From an uncultured archaeon (lineage in GTDB: Archaea; Asgardarchaeota; Thorarchaeia; Thorarchaeales; Thorarchaeaceae): a stretch of DNA of 39,956 nt. Numbering within the stretch: the stretch's first letter is position 1; each line of letters starts with the position of its first letter. Position numbers and translations under genes: made by a program. Under the pieces are notes generated by a model that saw only the letters and a program-made list of their open reading frames with translations, searched no databases and was not told where the DNA came from. This document shows positions 29,571-39,098 of the stretch, one piece after another. Location of the stretch: positions 1 through 39,956 of the forward strand of contig CAYWJO010000030.1 in the NCBI GenBank assembly GCA_964458565.1, written 5' to 3'.

Positions 29571-30452
29571 TTACAGTTTTAGTCTAAAAGTGACCCTGCA
29601 TCCAATGCTAGAAGTGTTAACATTGATTTCAGCACCTATTCTTTCTTCTATCTTGGCAGCAAGTATTTCGTGAAATGTACACGGATATCCTGGTGGAAAC
29701 CTCGATCCATCTGGATCCATTTCGCGGTATTTACGAAGTAACTCGCAAGTCCCAGTTTCTAATGTGACATTGTCTGTACCAGTCTTTGGCAACTGTCCCT
29801 CTTCAGAACATCCCAATATCATCTCTGAAAATTTTAAAACTGGATTTGCAGGGTCCTCTGAGCGTCCCCATTGATAGACAAGTTCTTCCGCAGCTTGTGT
29901 AAACATTTGTTCGAGATGACCTTCCGGAAGAGCGGCACCATACGCAGCAATTCTTGCGATTAATCCTGCCTGTGAATCCATTGCACTTTTCCAGGCTTGC
30001 TTTGGAGTTACTGTTTTAAAATCTGGTAATTCACCGATTCGAGTATCTGCTGATGATTCTGATTCTGGGATTATAGTACTTGCTGTGTCTACTACAGGAA
30101 TTCCTGATTCTTGGATAGTATGTGATATGATTTCACCATCATCATCTGTTCTCACTAAATCGTTTAATTCATAATTTGGACATACTCCTGAAGTTTGGTA
30201 TTTTCGTGCATATTGCATCATTCTTCCAGCACACTGGGCAACTGCGTGTCTGCTTAATCCTTCAACTCGAATATGTCCATAAACAACTCCAACTAAGCTC
30301 TCTAGCTCTAATTGAAGGGTAGTTTTTTCAGCTATTATCTTCTTCCCCCGGAGTACTCTAACCGCCCATTTTTCATCCATAACGCCAGCTTGTGCACCAT
30401 AACTTGTGTTTGTAATTCCAATGATTGGTGAAACAGGATAGAAATCGCTCAT
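29571..30452 (-). CDS. two-domain hypothetical protein with C-terminal V4R-like domain
   Basis: ATG 30452 follows a GAGGTAG RBS. C-terminal TLETGTCEL...PCTFH...GCRVTFRL resembles the V4R Cys pattern. Acidic linker. Confidence 0.65.
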   Translation of the reverse strand: MSDFYPVSPIIGITNTSYGAQAGVMDEKWAVRVLRGKKIIAEKTTLQLELESLVGVVYGHIRVEGLSRHAVAQCAGRMMQYARKYQTSGVCPNYELNDLVRTDDDGEIISHTIQESGIPVVDTASTIIPESESSADTRIGELPDFKTVTPKQAWKSAMDSQAGLIARIAAYGAALPEGHLEQMFTQAAEELVYQWGRSEDPANPVLKFSEMILGCSEEGQLPKTGTDNVTLETGTCELLRKYREMDPDGSRFPPGYPCTFHEILAAKIEERIGAEINVNTSSIGCRVTFRLKL

Positions 30453-30681
30453 GGTATAGACTACCTCATCTTGAACGTAGAAAAGAAGACGGTGGTTCCT
30501 CAAAAGAATATTGTTCATGTATTCTATCTTATTATTCGTCTAGTTTTACTCTCAATGTGATAATAGAATGTGAATGATCATAGAATGGGGATGCTTCCAT
30601 GGGTTTCTAAGCATGGCTAGAAGTCCCCACCTTTATAGGCATATTCCTAACCCAGTGGGGATAGAATGTTATGGACGCCTT

Positions 30682-32871
30682 CTAAACATATCCTGGAGGA
30701 AGTTGCCTTTCACCACTAGGTTGTCTACGAAGGACGCGATCCGCTATTACCTCAAAGCCCTTCTCAATTTCAGGTGAAATGCTTGGCCTAACCTCAGTCA
30801 TCGCTTTTTCGAAATGCTCCATTTTCACTGGTTTGGATTTCCAATCGTCTCTTATCGCTGCCATTGCTGCCTCTCTACATATTCCTTCAATGTCAGCTCC
30901 CGAGTATCCCTCTGACTTATCTGCAAGATTTTCCAAGTTTACACTCTTATCCATTGGCATATCTTTCGTGTGTACTTTGAAGATTTCTAACCGAGCATCT
31001 CTATCAGGTGGTGGTACAAACACGACTGCATCAAATCGACCTGGACGAAGTACTGCTGGGTCTAGCATGTCAGCCCTATTTGTAGCTCCAATCACGAGTA
31101 CACCCTGTAATGCTTGCATCCCATCAATCTCAGCGAGAAATTGATTGACAATTCTCTGAGTCACACCTGTATCATCCCGGAGGCCACGTGCACTCATTAT
31201 CGCGTCAATCTCATCAAAGAATAATACACATGGTGCAGTCTGCCTTGCTTTCTTGAATATTTCACGGATTGCTTTCTCAGATTCTCCTACATACTTGTTG
31301 AAAATCTCGGGACCCCTGACAGAAATGAAATTCGCTTCACTCTCTGTCGCAACTGCTTTTGCTAAGAGGGTCTTTCCTGTCCCTGGTGGTCCGAATAGGA
31401 GAACACCTTTTGGTGCTCTAATCCCCATTTCTTGAAAGACTTCAGGATGTCTTAACGGTGCTTCAACAGCTTCTTGAAGTTGAGATTTGACCTTCTCTAG
31501 TCCACCAACATCATCCCATCTTACATTTGGTTTTTCAACCATGACTTCTCTCAATGCAGATGGGCTGATCTCCGAAAGGGCGGCATCGAAGTCGTTTTGA
31601 GTTACATAGAGATTCTGCAAAACATCTGTGGGGATATCCCCTGTATCGGGGTCCACATGCGGTAAGGCTCGTGCTAGAGCATGCATTGCTGCCTCACGAG
31701 CTAACGCTGCTAGGTCTGCCCCTACAAAACCATGACTAACCGAGGCCAGTTTCTCAATATCCACTCCTTCTTCAAGTGGCATAGCTCTAGTATGTATCTG
31801 GAGAATTTCCAGACGTCCTTTTTTATCTGGTACTCCAATCTCAATTTCACGATCAAATCGACCTGGTCGTCTCAGGGCTTCATCCACATCATCTGGCCGA
31901 TTTGTTGCACCAATCACTATTACCTGACCCCGCCCTTCAAGACCATCCATAAGGGCAAGGAGTTGAGCAACAACTCGTCTTTCAACTTCACCTGTTACAT
32001 CAGCTCGTTTCGGTGCAATACTATCCAACTCGTCAATGAAGATGATACTTGGTGAATTCTTCTCGGCTTCTTCAAATACCTCTCTTAGCTTTCCTTCAGA
32101 CTCTCCATAAAATTTCGACATTATTTCTGGTCCATTTATGACCTTGAAGTTTGCACCTGATTCATTCGCAACTGCTTTTGCTATCAACGTCTTACCAGTT
32201 CCTGGTGGACCCATTAGAAGTACTCCTTTTGGTGGTGAAATACCAAGACGCTTGAAAAGGTTCGGAGATTTCATTGGTAATTCCACCATCTCCCGTATTT
32301 TTTGTAATTCCTTGGAGAGTCCTCCGATATCCTCATAGGTGATTTGTGGTATCGTCACATCCTCTGGCTTTGTTGGTTTTGTCAATACTTCCAAAACTGT
32401 TTCTGATCCTACCTTGACATGTTTGCCAGGAGTAACTTGTGTGACAACAAATTGTAGACCCTGCCCAATTGAGGTAATGATCATTAGGTCTCCACGTGTG
32501 ATTGGTCTATTCATTATCTGCTGTTTGACATAGTTTTCAAATCCTGGTTGAAATCTTACTGGTTGACTAGGCGCAATGACAACACGTGTTGCCTCAATTA
32601 CATTAATTGGACGAATCTCGACACTTTCTCCTAGTCTAACCCCTGCATTATTGCGAATGAGACCATCCATTCTAACCATGTCAAGTACTTCGTCTTCTTT
32701 CAGGCTTGGCCAACAAACTGCAACAGTTTCCTTTGTCCCCTTCAGCAGCACGTGATCCCCTGATCTAACACCAAGTTGATTACGAACTTCCGTATTTAAT
32801 CTGATAATACCTCTGCCTTGGTCCTTTGGCATTGCTGCTGCTACTTTTAATTTCATTATTTCTTCAGTCAC
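30682..32871 (-). CDS. cdc48: CDC48/p97/VAT family AAA+ ATPase
   Basis: N-domain plus two AAA modules (GPPGTGKT twice, FIDELD/FFDEID, RPGRFD twice). Confidence 0.97.
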   Translation of the reverse strand: MTEEIMKLKVAAAMPKDQGRGIIRLNTEVRNQLGVRSGDHVLLKGTKETVAVCWPSLKEDEVLDMVRMDGLIRNNAGVRLGESVEIRPINVIEATRVVIAPSQPVRFQPGFENYVKQQIMNRPITRGDLMIITSIGQGLQFVVTQVTPGKHVKVGSETVLEVLTKPTKPEDVTIPQITYEDIGGLSKELQKIREMVELPMKSPNLFKRLGISPPKGVLLMGPPGTGKTLIAKAVANESGANFKVINGPEIMSKFYGESEGKLREVFEEAEKNSPSIIFIDELDSIAPKRADVTGEVERRVVAQLLALMDGLEGRGQVIVIGATNRPDDVDEALRRPGRFDREIEIGVPDKKGRLEILQIHTRAMPLEEGVDIEKLASVSHGFVGADLAALAREAAMHALARALPHVDPDTGDIPTDVLQNLYVTQNDFDAALSEISPSALREVMVEKPNVRWDDVGGLEKVKSQLQEAVEAPLRHPEVFQEMGIRAPKGVLLFGPPGTGKTLLAKAVATESEANFISVRGPEIFNKYVGESEKAIREIFKKARQTAPCVLFFDEIDAIMSARGLRDDTGVTQRIVNQFLAEIDGMQALQGVLVIGATNRADMLDPAVLRPGRFDAVVFVPPPDRDARLEIFKVHTKDMPMDKSVNLENLADKSEGYSGADIEGICREAAMAAIRDDWKSKPVKMEHFEKAMTEVRPSISPEIEKGFEVIADRVLRRQPSGERQLPPGYV

Positions 32872-32885
32872 TAGAATCTACCCCA

Positions 32886-33296
32886 CTACAGCATGGGCAC
32901 ATACCATTCCTCTGTTGATGGCATCGCTCCTCTTTTCAATGTCACTTCAAGAACTCCATTTTTCAATGAAACAAAGGAGTTTTCTGGATCCGCATTAAAT
33001 GGAATATCATCCACCAATGTTATGCTCTTACCCCTCCAAATCTCTATTGCAACATTCATCCCTTTTACTCGTACAATAGGTGCAACAATGTCTTCAACTC
33101 TATCTACCAGAAGGAGTATACTATCATCAAATTCAATTTTCTCAATCCCTGACTCATCTACTCTTGGTGCTTGATCTTTCTGTTGCATCTGATTCACTCT
33201 GAGCTCGAATCCTTCGTTTCCATTTGGCATAGCACTGCTACCAAAGAATTGCTCAATCATTTTACGGAATATGTTTTGGAAATCATCATCTATCAT
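32886..33296 (-). CDS. Hsp20/alpha-crystallin family small heat shock protein (divergent)
   Basis: SLKNGVLEVTLKR motif and AGGAGG RBS. Lies directly upstream of cdc48, a common archaeal pairing. Confidence 0.75.
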   Translation of the reverse strand: MIDDDFQNIFRKMIEQFFGSSAMPNGNEGFELRVNQMQQKDQAPRVDESGIEKIEFDDSILLLVDRVEDIVAPIVRVKGMNVAIEIWRGKSITLVDDIPFNADPENSFVSLKNGVLEVTLKRGAMPSTEEWYVPML

Positions 33297-33311
33297 GAAC
33301 TTATCCTCCTA

Positions 33312-33370
33312 GTAGTGGAAGCCCCGGGCAGCAGTTGCTGCCCTAGAGTCACCAAAGGGGCTTCTTCTGC
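33312..33370 (-). promoter_or_regulatory. GC-rich nested stem-loop immediately upstream of the hsp20-cdc48 RBS
   Basis: GAAGCCCC (33318-25)/GGGGCTTC (33357-64) encloses GGGCAGCA/TGCTGCCC (33326-43). Confidence 0.5.
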
Positions 33371-33540
33371 AAGTGTGTGTTAGTGCCCCAAAATTTATCT
33401 AGGGACCACATAGGCACATAGATACTAGGGACCATTATGCATATAAGCTTTGTGAAGTAACATTATCTGAATGTGAAGATAGGTCACAAGGAATATGTTC
33501 TTATTGCTTAAAACAGCAGCACTCCATGAGCTGGTAGTAA

Positions 33541-34461
33541 ATGGTAAGCTGTTCTTTATGTGGCAAGGAAGAACTCCTATACAAATGTCATTATTGCGGG
33601 TCAGGATTCTGTTCTGAACATCGCTTACCAGAGAGCCACGGATGTCCAGGAATACTTCGTGCACAAGACGATGCAAGGACAAAACTTGCTGATTCATTCT
33701 CAGGATACTATGATTATGATGATGAGGAAACACCTACATTTGTGACTGCATCAACTCCACAAAAAAAGCGGAGGAAACGCAAAAGATTCTCAGAAAGCGA
33801 AAAACGAGACCTATTGATTGCTTCAATTCTTGTTTGTCTTGTAGCCTTTTCTATGCTGGGTTCTGGAGCCTCAATTGGCATCATTGCAGCTTTTGGTAAT
33901 CTTCCTATTTACATTCAATATGGAACTATTTGGTTTCTCTTTGCTTTGATTCTGCTGTTTCTTGGTTCATTTATGATTCATGAGATGGCACATAAATTCA
34001 CAGCACAGCATTATGGAATGTGGAGTGAATTTAGGATGACTACAGCAGGATATTATCTATCCGCGGTAGCTATACTATTCTCAGTACCAATATTTGGCAC
34101 AGGAATTGTCTACGCGACTGGTGCAAGGAGTGCTGATGACAATGCGAAGGTGAACATCGCAGGGCCACTTAGTAATCTAATCTTTGGATCAATACTTGCG
34201 GCCTTGTCTATCTTTATTCCCTTAACTTATGGTGGACCCATACCCTATACTAACGTTAACCTTTGGTTAATTATGAATCTGCTTCATTTTGGTATAATAC
34301 TCAATGCAATGTTGGGTCTTTTCAATATGCTACCTTTCCAACCATTTGATGGTGGTACCGTCTTTGGATGGGACCGGCGTGTCTGGTTAATCCTAACCGT
34401 AGCACTTGCTATGACTGCTATTTTTGGATATTTGTTCATGCGTCCGTTCCTCTTCCTCTAG
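33541..34461 (+). CDS. AN1-type zinc finger plus M50 (site-2) intramembrane metalloprotease fusion
   Basis: CSLC...CHYCGSGFCSEHRLPESHGC, plus HEMAH, AGP and NMLPFQPFDG. Confidence 0.9.
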   Translation: MVSCSLCGKEELLYKCHYCGSGFCSEHRLPESHGCPGILRAQDDARTKLADSFSGYYDYDDEETPTFVTASTPQKKRRKRKRFSESEKRDLLIASILVCLVAFSMLGSGASIGIIAAFGNLPIYIQYGTIWFLFALILLFLGSFMIHEMAHKFTAQHYGMWSEFRMTTAGYYLSAVAILFSVPIFGTGIVYATGARSADDNAKVNIAGPLSNLIFGSILAALSIFIPLTYGGPIPYTNVNLWLIMNLLHFGIILNAMLGLFNMLPFQPFDGGTVFGWDRRVWLILTVALAMTAIFGYLFMRPFLFL

Positions 34462-34527
34462 GTGTTGCACATGTAACACCACGATTCAAAGCAATACATG
34501 CACAACACCTCTTGAGGAATAGTCAGA

Positions 34528-36069
34528 TTGCTGTCCGCAACAGGAAATACACCTGAGATTGTAGAGTTATCGGTATCATCTTGGTTCTATCGGAATCGTG
34601 CAATTGCCGGTTTTGAGAATCCTGCTAGATCTCTTTATGTTTCAATCAGGGAACTCCTTGAAAATAGTCTTGATGCCTGTGAGACAATCAATGTTCTACC
34701 AGGAATTCGTGTTGTTCTAACAAATAAGGACGAAACCACAAGTGAGGACCTTTTTTCTGCTGACCCCCAAGTTCTAAATCTGACCGTTCGCGATAATGGA
34801 CCTGGAATACAAAAAGAAAATGTTCCAAGACTGTTAGGTAAAATGCTTACAGGAACGAAATTTCAATATAAACAAAGTAGGGGTACCTTTGGCTTGGGGG
34901 GCTCTCTAGCGTTACTATATGGTCAAGTTACGACGCAGCAACCTATTCGGATTAAAACCGGTTTGATTGATTCTGATTATTATACAATTCTACAAATGCG
35001 TCTTGATATAGAAAAGAATACACCTATCATTATCGATGAATCACAAACACCGAAGCCCATTTCAGAACATGGAACAAGTATTTCCTATTCACTAAAAGGG
35101 GATTGGTTGAGGAGCAAGAAGCGCATAATTAGCTACTTTGATCAAACAAGTGTTATGGTGCCTTATTCCTCTTTGCGTTTCGAAACTCCTGACGGTGAAG
35201 TATTTGCATATCCTCGAGTTTCGGTTAATATGCCTCCTGCACCTAAAGAGATGCTTCCCCACCCGCGGGGAATAGATGTAGAAATGTTGAAACAAATGGT
35301 TGTTGAAACTAAAACTAGAACCCTACTCTCATTTTTAACATCATCATTTCAACAGATTGGAAAGAAAACAGCAACTGACTTTCTGATTGAGACCCAGCTT
35401 GACGCAAAGAAGAATCCTTCGAATCTCAACCTCGATGATTTTCTAAGAATGATGGATGCATTTGAAACATTTCCAAAATTCAGAGCTCCTTCCGCTGATT
35501 CGTTAGCGCCTGCTGATGAAGAATTACTTACTGCTGGATTGTCACGTTTAAACCCTGAATTTATAGTAGCACGACAACGAGATCCCAACGTATATTCAGG
35601 CCATCCGTTCATAATCGAGGTTGGCATTGGATACGGAGGCGCCCTCTCTTCAGGTTTATCACTCCTTCGTTTTGCGAATCGGATTCCCCTCCTTTACGAC
35701 GAAAGTTCTGATGTATCTAACCGAATTATTAGAAATTTGAATCTGAAGAAATATGGATTGAAACAAGATGATCCATTGGTATTTCTCGTCCATATGTGTT
35801 CAACAAAAGTGCCCTACAAAACTGTTGGTAAGGAGTATATCGCTGATGTTGATGTTGTACGAAAGGAAATCAGTCTGGGTTTAATGGATTGTCTGAGACG
35901 ATTAGGTGAACTGGTGCGAAAGAAACACAAAGCTACAAGAAAAATGCGAAGAGAGAATCGTCTCACTAATTATTATTCATTCATCGCAAATACTTTGGAA
36001 TCAAGTTCCAAATCCTCTGTTTCACTGGCTAAATTATTCTCTTCATTGGAGGTGAATAAAAATGAGTGA
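34528..36069 (+). CDS. top6B: DNA topoisomerase VI subunit B
   Basis: GHKL motifs RELLENSLDA, DNGPGI and SRGTFGLG; PHPRG; RFANRIPLL; STKVPYKTVGKE. Confidence 0.93.
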   Translation: MLSATGNTPEIVELSVSSWFYRNRAIAGFENPARSLYVSIRELLENSLDACETINVLPGIRVVLTNKDETTSEDLFSADPQVLNLTVRDNGPGIQKENVPRLLGKMLTGTKFQYKQSRGTFGLGGSLALLYGQVTTQQPIRIKTGLIDSDYYTILQMRLDIEKNTPIIIDESQTPKPISEHGTSISYSLKGDWLRSKKRIISYFDQTSVMVPYSSLRFETPDGEVFAYPRVSVNMPPAPKEMLPHPRGIDVEMLKQMVVETKTRTLLSFLTSSFQQIGKKTATDFLIETQLDAKKNPSNLNLDDFLRMMDAFETFPKFRAPSADSLAPADEELLTAGLSRLNPEFIVARQRDPNVYSGHPFIIEVGIGYGGALSSGLSLLRFANRIPLLYDESSDVSNRIIRNLNLKKYGLKQDDPLVFLVHMCSTKVPYKTVGKEYIADVDVVRKEISLGLMDCLRRLGELVRKKHKATRKMRRENRLTNYYSFIANTLESSSKSSVSLAKLFSSLEVNKNE

Positions 36070-37198
36070 TACACTTCAGAAGAGAGAACAAGTGATTAAT
36101 CTTATTGACCATGTCTTCGACGTTATATCAGAAACAATTGAGGACGGATTCTATCCTGAAATTGGTTACTACTCTTCCTCCAAGAGAAATGTGATGTATA
36201 GACCAGGTGCCGGATATATTCCCGTTGACGAACGACCTTCTTTCATTGATGGGAGAAAGGTGGAAAGTGCAAAGACTCTTGCAGGGGTCGTCTATGGTCT
36301 AGCTAGATTCAAAGAGCATCTAGAGCAGAATATGTCAATGAGCCTACGAGACTTCTATTATATGCACAAGGTCAAGCATGTTCAAGATATTCTAAAAATA
36401 TCGGATCAGAATGAAACAAACCGATTGATCAATCTATGTGAAAGAATCCTCCGTTTAGAAGGATCATCAGTTTCTCGAGAAGAATTCGGAGTTGTGAGTT
36501 CTCCTAAGGGAACATTTTATGGTGACATAACATTATCAGATCTTTCTGGCAAGAGTATCAACTGCGCAAATGCTGGAGAATATGGCTGGTTCATTTCATC
36601 ACGACCATCTGATGTTAAGATCCATGATGCGAATATCAAAGCAGCAATATTCGTTGAAAAAGAGGCAATGGCACGTAACTTGATAGAACTTGAAATTCCT
36701 GAACGAATGAATGTTGGTATAGGATCTCTCTTCGGTCAACCAGGTCGAAATATGCGTGCTTGGATTCGAAGATTGGCAGATCTCAACATTCCGATTCTTG
36801 TACTTGTAGATATGAGTCCATGGTCTCTAAGAATCTTTTCAACTATCAAATCTAACTCTATTGAACTTTCAAATATCCGAGGATTAGCAACTCCTGAAGC
36901 TCATTTGATTGGTATAGCAACAGATGATTTCTGGAAGCAAAAGGGGTTTTTGAGTGATATCGAACATTCACTTGAGCCAATGTCTAAATCAGACATAAAT
37001 TGCGCTCAGCAAAATAGGAAAATTCCTGCAATCTCAGAAGACTGCATTCTAAATTATGAGAATGAACGGATGCTAAAGAAACGAAAGAAGGGTGAACTTG
37101 AAGCCTTCAAATCCTTTGGACTTCCTCTCGTTGAGCTCCAGAATAAGTATTTGAATTACATCAGATCAAAATGCAATGAACTAGATGTGCGACTTTAA
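36062..37198 (+). CDS. top6A: DNA topoisomerase VI subunit A / Spo11-like (divergent)
   Basis: SLRDFYY, FVEKEA, GQP, GELEA. Overlaps the top6B stop. TOPRIM DxD reads DMS. Confidence 0.88.
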   Translation: MSDTLQKREQVINLIDHVFDVISETIEDGFYPEIGYYSSSKRNVMYRPGAGYIPVDERPSFIDGRKVESAKTLAGVVYGLARFKEHLEQNMSMSLRDFYYMHKVKHVQDILKISDQNETNRLINLCERILRLEGSSVSREEFGVVSSPKGTFYGDITLSDLSGKSINCANAGEYGWFISSRPSDVKIHDANIKAAIFVEKEAMARNLIELEIPERMNVGIGSLFGQPGRNMRAWIRRLADLNIPILVLVDMSPWSLRIFSTIKSNSIELSNIRGLATPEAHLIGIATDDFWKQKGFLSDIEHSLEPMSKSDINCAQQNRKIPAISEDCILNYENERMLKKRKKGELEAFKSFGLPLVELQNKYLNYIRSKCNELDVRL

Positions 37199-37268
37199 TT
37201 CGCTCATATATTTATCTACAAACCTATAATAACATGAATGATTGTATTCTTGTCCGAGGCGAGTTGTT

Positions 37269-37982
37269 ATGTCTGAAAAGAAAGAGAATATCATTTCTCA
37301 ATTTGAGACAATGAAAGTAAGTATTTCTCAAGCATTTGATGATCTCGAGAAACTTGAGAAAGAAACTGAAGAACTAAGGACTGCGAGACGAGAGGCTGAA
37401 GAAAAGGCTTGGGCTTCCGAAGAAGAGGTAAAGAAGATAACTTCTGAACTTGAACAGATTAGAGGTGAAAAAGAAAATGCTCAATCCGAAATTACCACCT
37501 TGGAGGAGAAAGTCGAATCCTCAAATAATACGATCCAATCATTAGAAGCGGAATTAACCTCACTTAGGTCTAAGGCCGACGAAGTCGAATCTAGTAAGAA
37601 CGAAGCTGTAGATGCCTTGAGGAAGGAACGTGATGAATTAAAAGCCGAAATGGATGAGATTACAAGTCGTCTTACACGCGTTTCTGAGCTATATCGAGAG
37701 GCATCAGATGAGAAAGAAAAACTTCAGGAGAAGGTAGATGTTAGTGATTTACTTTCAATCTATATCATGCTTCTCGAAACTGTATTCTATGGAAAACCTC
37801 ATGCAAGAATTCTGTATATGTTGCATGATACCAAAGTTCCAATAAGTCGAAAGAACATCGCACAAAGCTCTGGTATTCAACCCGCAGTTGTACAGAAAGC
37901 AATCTTCGATCTAGTAAATGCTGATTTGGTGTCTTATAACGAAGACACTCAAGAAGCAAAGCTAATCAAGGAAATCCTTTGA
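37269..37982 (+). CDS. coiled-coil protein with C-terminal winged-helix-like domain
   Basis: About 160 aa of E/K-rich heptads, then PHARILYMLH...ISRKNIAQSSGIQPAVVQKAIFDLVNADLVSY. Start placed at ATG 37269. Confidence 0.75.
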   Translation: MSEKKENIISQFETMKVSISQAFDDLEKLEKETEELRTARREAEEKAWASEEEVKKITSELEQIRGEKENAQSEITTLEEKVESSNNTIQSLEAELTSLRSKADEVESSKNEAVDALRKERDELKAEMDEITSRLTRVSELYREASDEKEKLQEKVDVSDLLSIYIMLLETVFYGKPHARILYMLHDTKVPISRKNIAQSSGIQPAVVQKAIFDLVNADLVSYNEDTQEAKLIKEIL

Positions 37983-38009
37983 ATTGGTACAATTAAACAA
38001 GAAATTTAG

Positions 38010-39017
38010 GTGTGGCATTTGGCTCGAAGGGTCAACTATGGAAATGATTTACGAAGACATGTAAAGCGCTATCAACTTCAGACTAAGCTGAGCACGATAT
38101 TTTCAATACTCGGCGAAGATGCTCAAAGTGTTGTAGATTGGGCGCACGAAGAAGGAAAACGCAGCTTAAAGGAACGAAAAGAGAAAACCACTCTCGGAGC
38201 TGAAATCTTTGACCTCCTGGCGAATGAAGCTGCGATACGTTTGGTCGTAATGAATCATCAAAGAGGTCGCATGATAACAAAGAGTGAGATTAGGAAAAAA
38301 ACCGGTGTGAGGATGGAAATGCCTGTTTTATATCGCCAAGCAGGATTGAGACATCCTCAAGAAGCTCGAAATCTTAGACATAACATCTTCCATAATGCTT
38401 TTGAAAAATACATATTGAAACTGTTTCCAGATGTCGAAACACATGTGCCAGTAACTGGTGAAGGTTTGACACCTGATTTGATTGTTAATCATCAGAAACC
38501 TGATTGGACAATATCAGTAGAGTACAAAGGCTATCGATCAATCACTCTTCTAAGCGAATCAGAGATTCTGAAGGGAATGCGATATCAAGCTGAATGGGGA
38601 ACTGCATGGTTGGTAACAACTACAACCAAGAGTGTCAGAAGCATATATGGGCCTAAACTTTCTGCTCAAGAAATAATTCAGAAGGGAATGGAGCGATTAG
38701 AACGCCTTTCTAAAAAGCCTAATTATACAAATGAGCAGAGAGAGAATAGAGGTATTGCCAGAAAAGGTATGAAACACCTTGAGAAGCAAAATGACTCGAA
38801 ACTCAAATGTGATTTGATACAGGCTGAAGATTTGATTGAATCATGCAGGAAAGGTAAGCCTCTAAGTGGTCTAGCAATTACTACGGGATTTGAGTTTTGC
38901 GAGATGTTGAGGAATGAAGGATTCGTTGAAGAGGCTGATGATGTTCTGCGTATAATGAAAACTCCAACAAAAATGTTGACGAGTGACAAAGTCACTGCAA
39001 TACGTCTTATTGAGTGA
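38010..39017 (+). CDS. putative PD-(D/E)xK nuclease-fold protein
   Basis: FEKYI...LTPDLIV...ISVEYKG...Y...AWLVT pattern; basic protein. Confidence 0.65.
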   Translation: MWHLARRVNYGNDLRRHVKRYQLQTKLSTIFSILGEDAQSVVDWAHEEGKRSLKERKEKTTLGAEIFDLLANEAAIRLVVMNHQRGRMITKSEIRKKTGVRMEMPVLYRQAGLRHPQEARNLRHNIFHNAFEKYILKLFPDVETHVPVTGEGLTPDLIVNHQKPDWTISVEYKGYRSITLLSESEILKGMRYQAEWGTAWLVTTTTKSVRSIYGPKLSAQEIIQKGMERLERLSKKPNYTNEQRENRGIARKGMKHLEKQNDSKLKCDLIQAEDLIESCRKGKPLSGLAITTGFEFCEMLRNEGFVEEADDVLRIMKTPTKMLTSDKVTAIRLIE

Positions 39018-39098
39018 TACAAACCTTCTACTCCCAATCTTTATTTGCGCATTCTGCTCTGTGATGATTGAAGAAATAATGATCTTTCGAGAGAGGCG

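Noticed and set aside
37269-37982. Hop2/Mnd1-like identity for the coiled-coil/wHTH protein next to the Spo11-like gene
   Set aside because: Domain order is reversed (Hop2/Mnd1 have an N-terminal wHTH) and no specific motif supports it.
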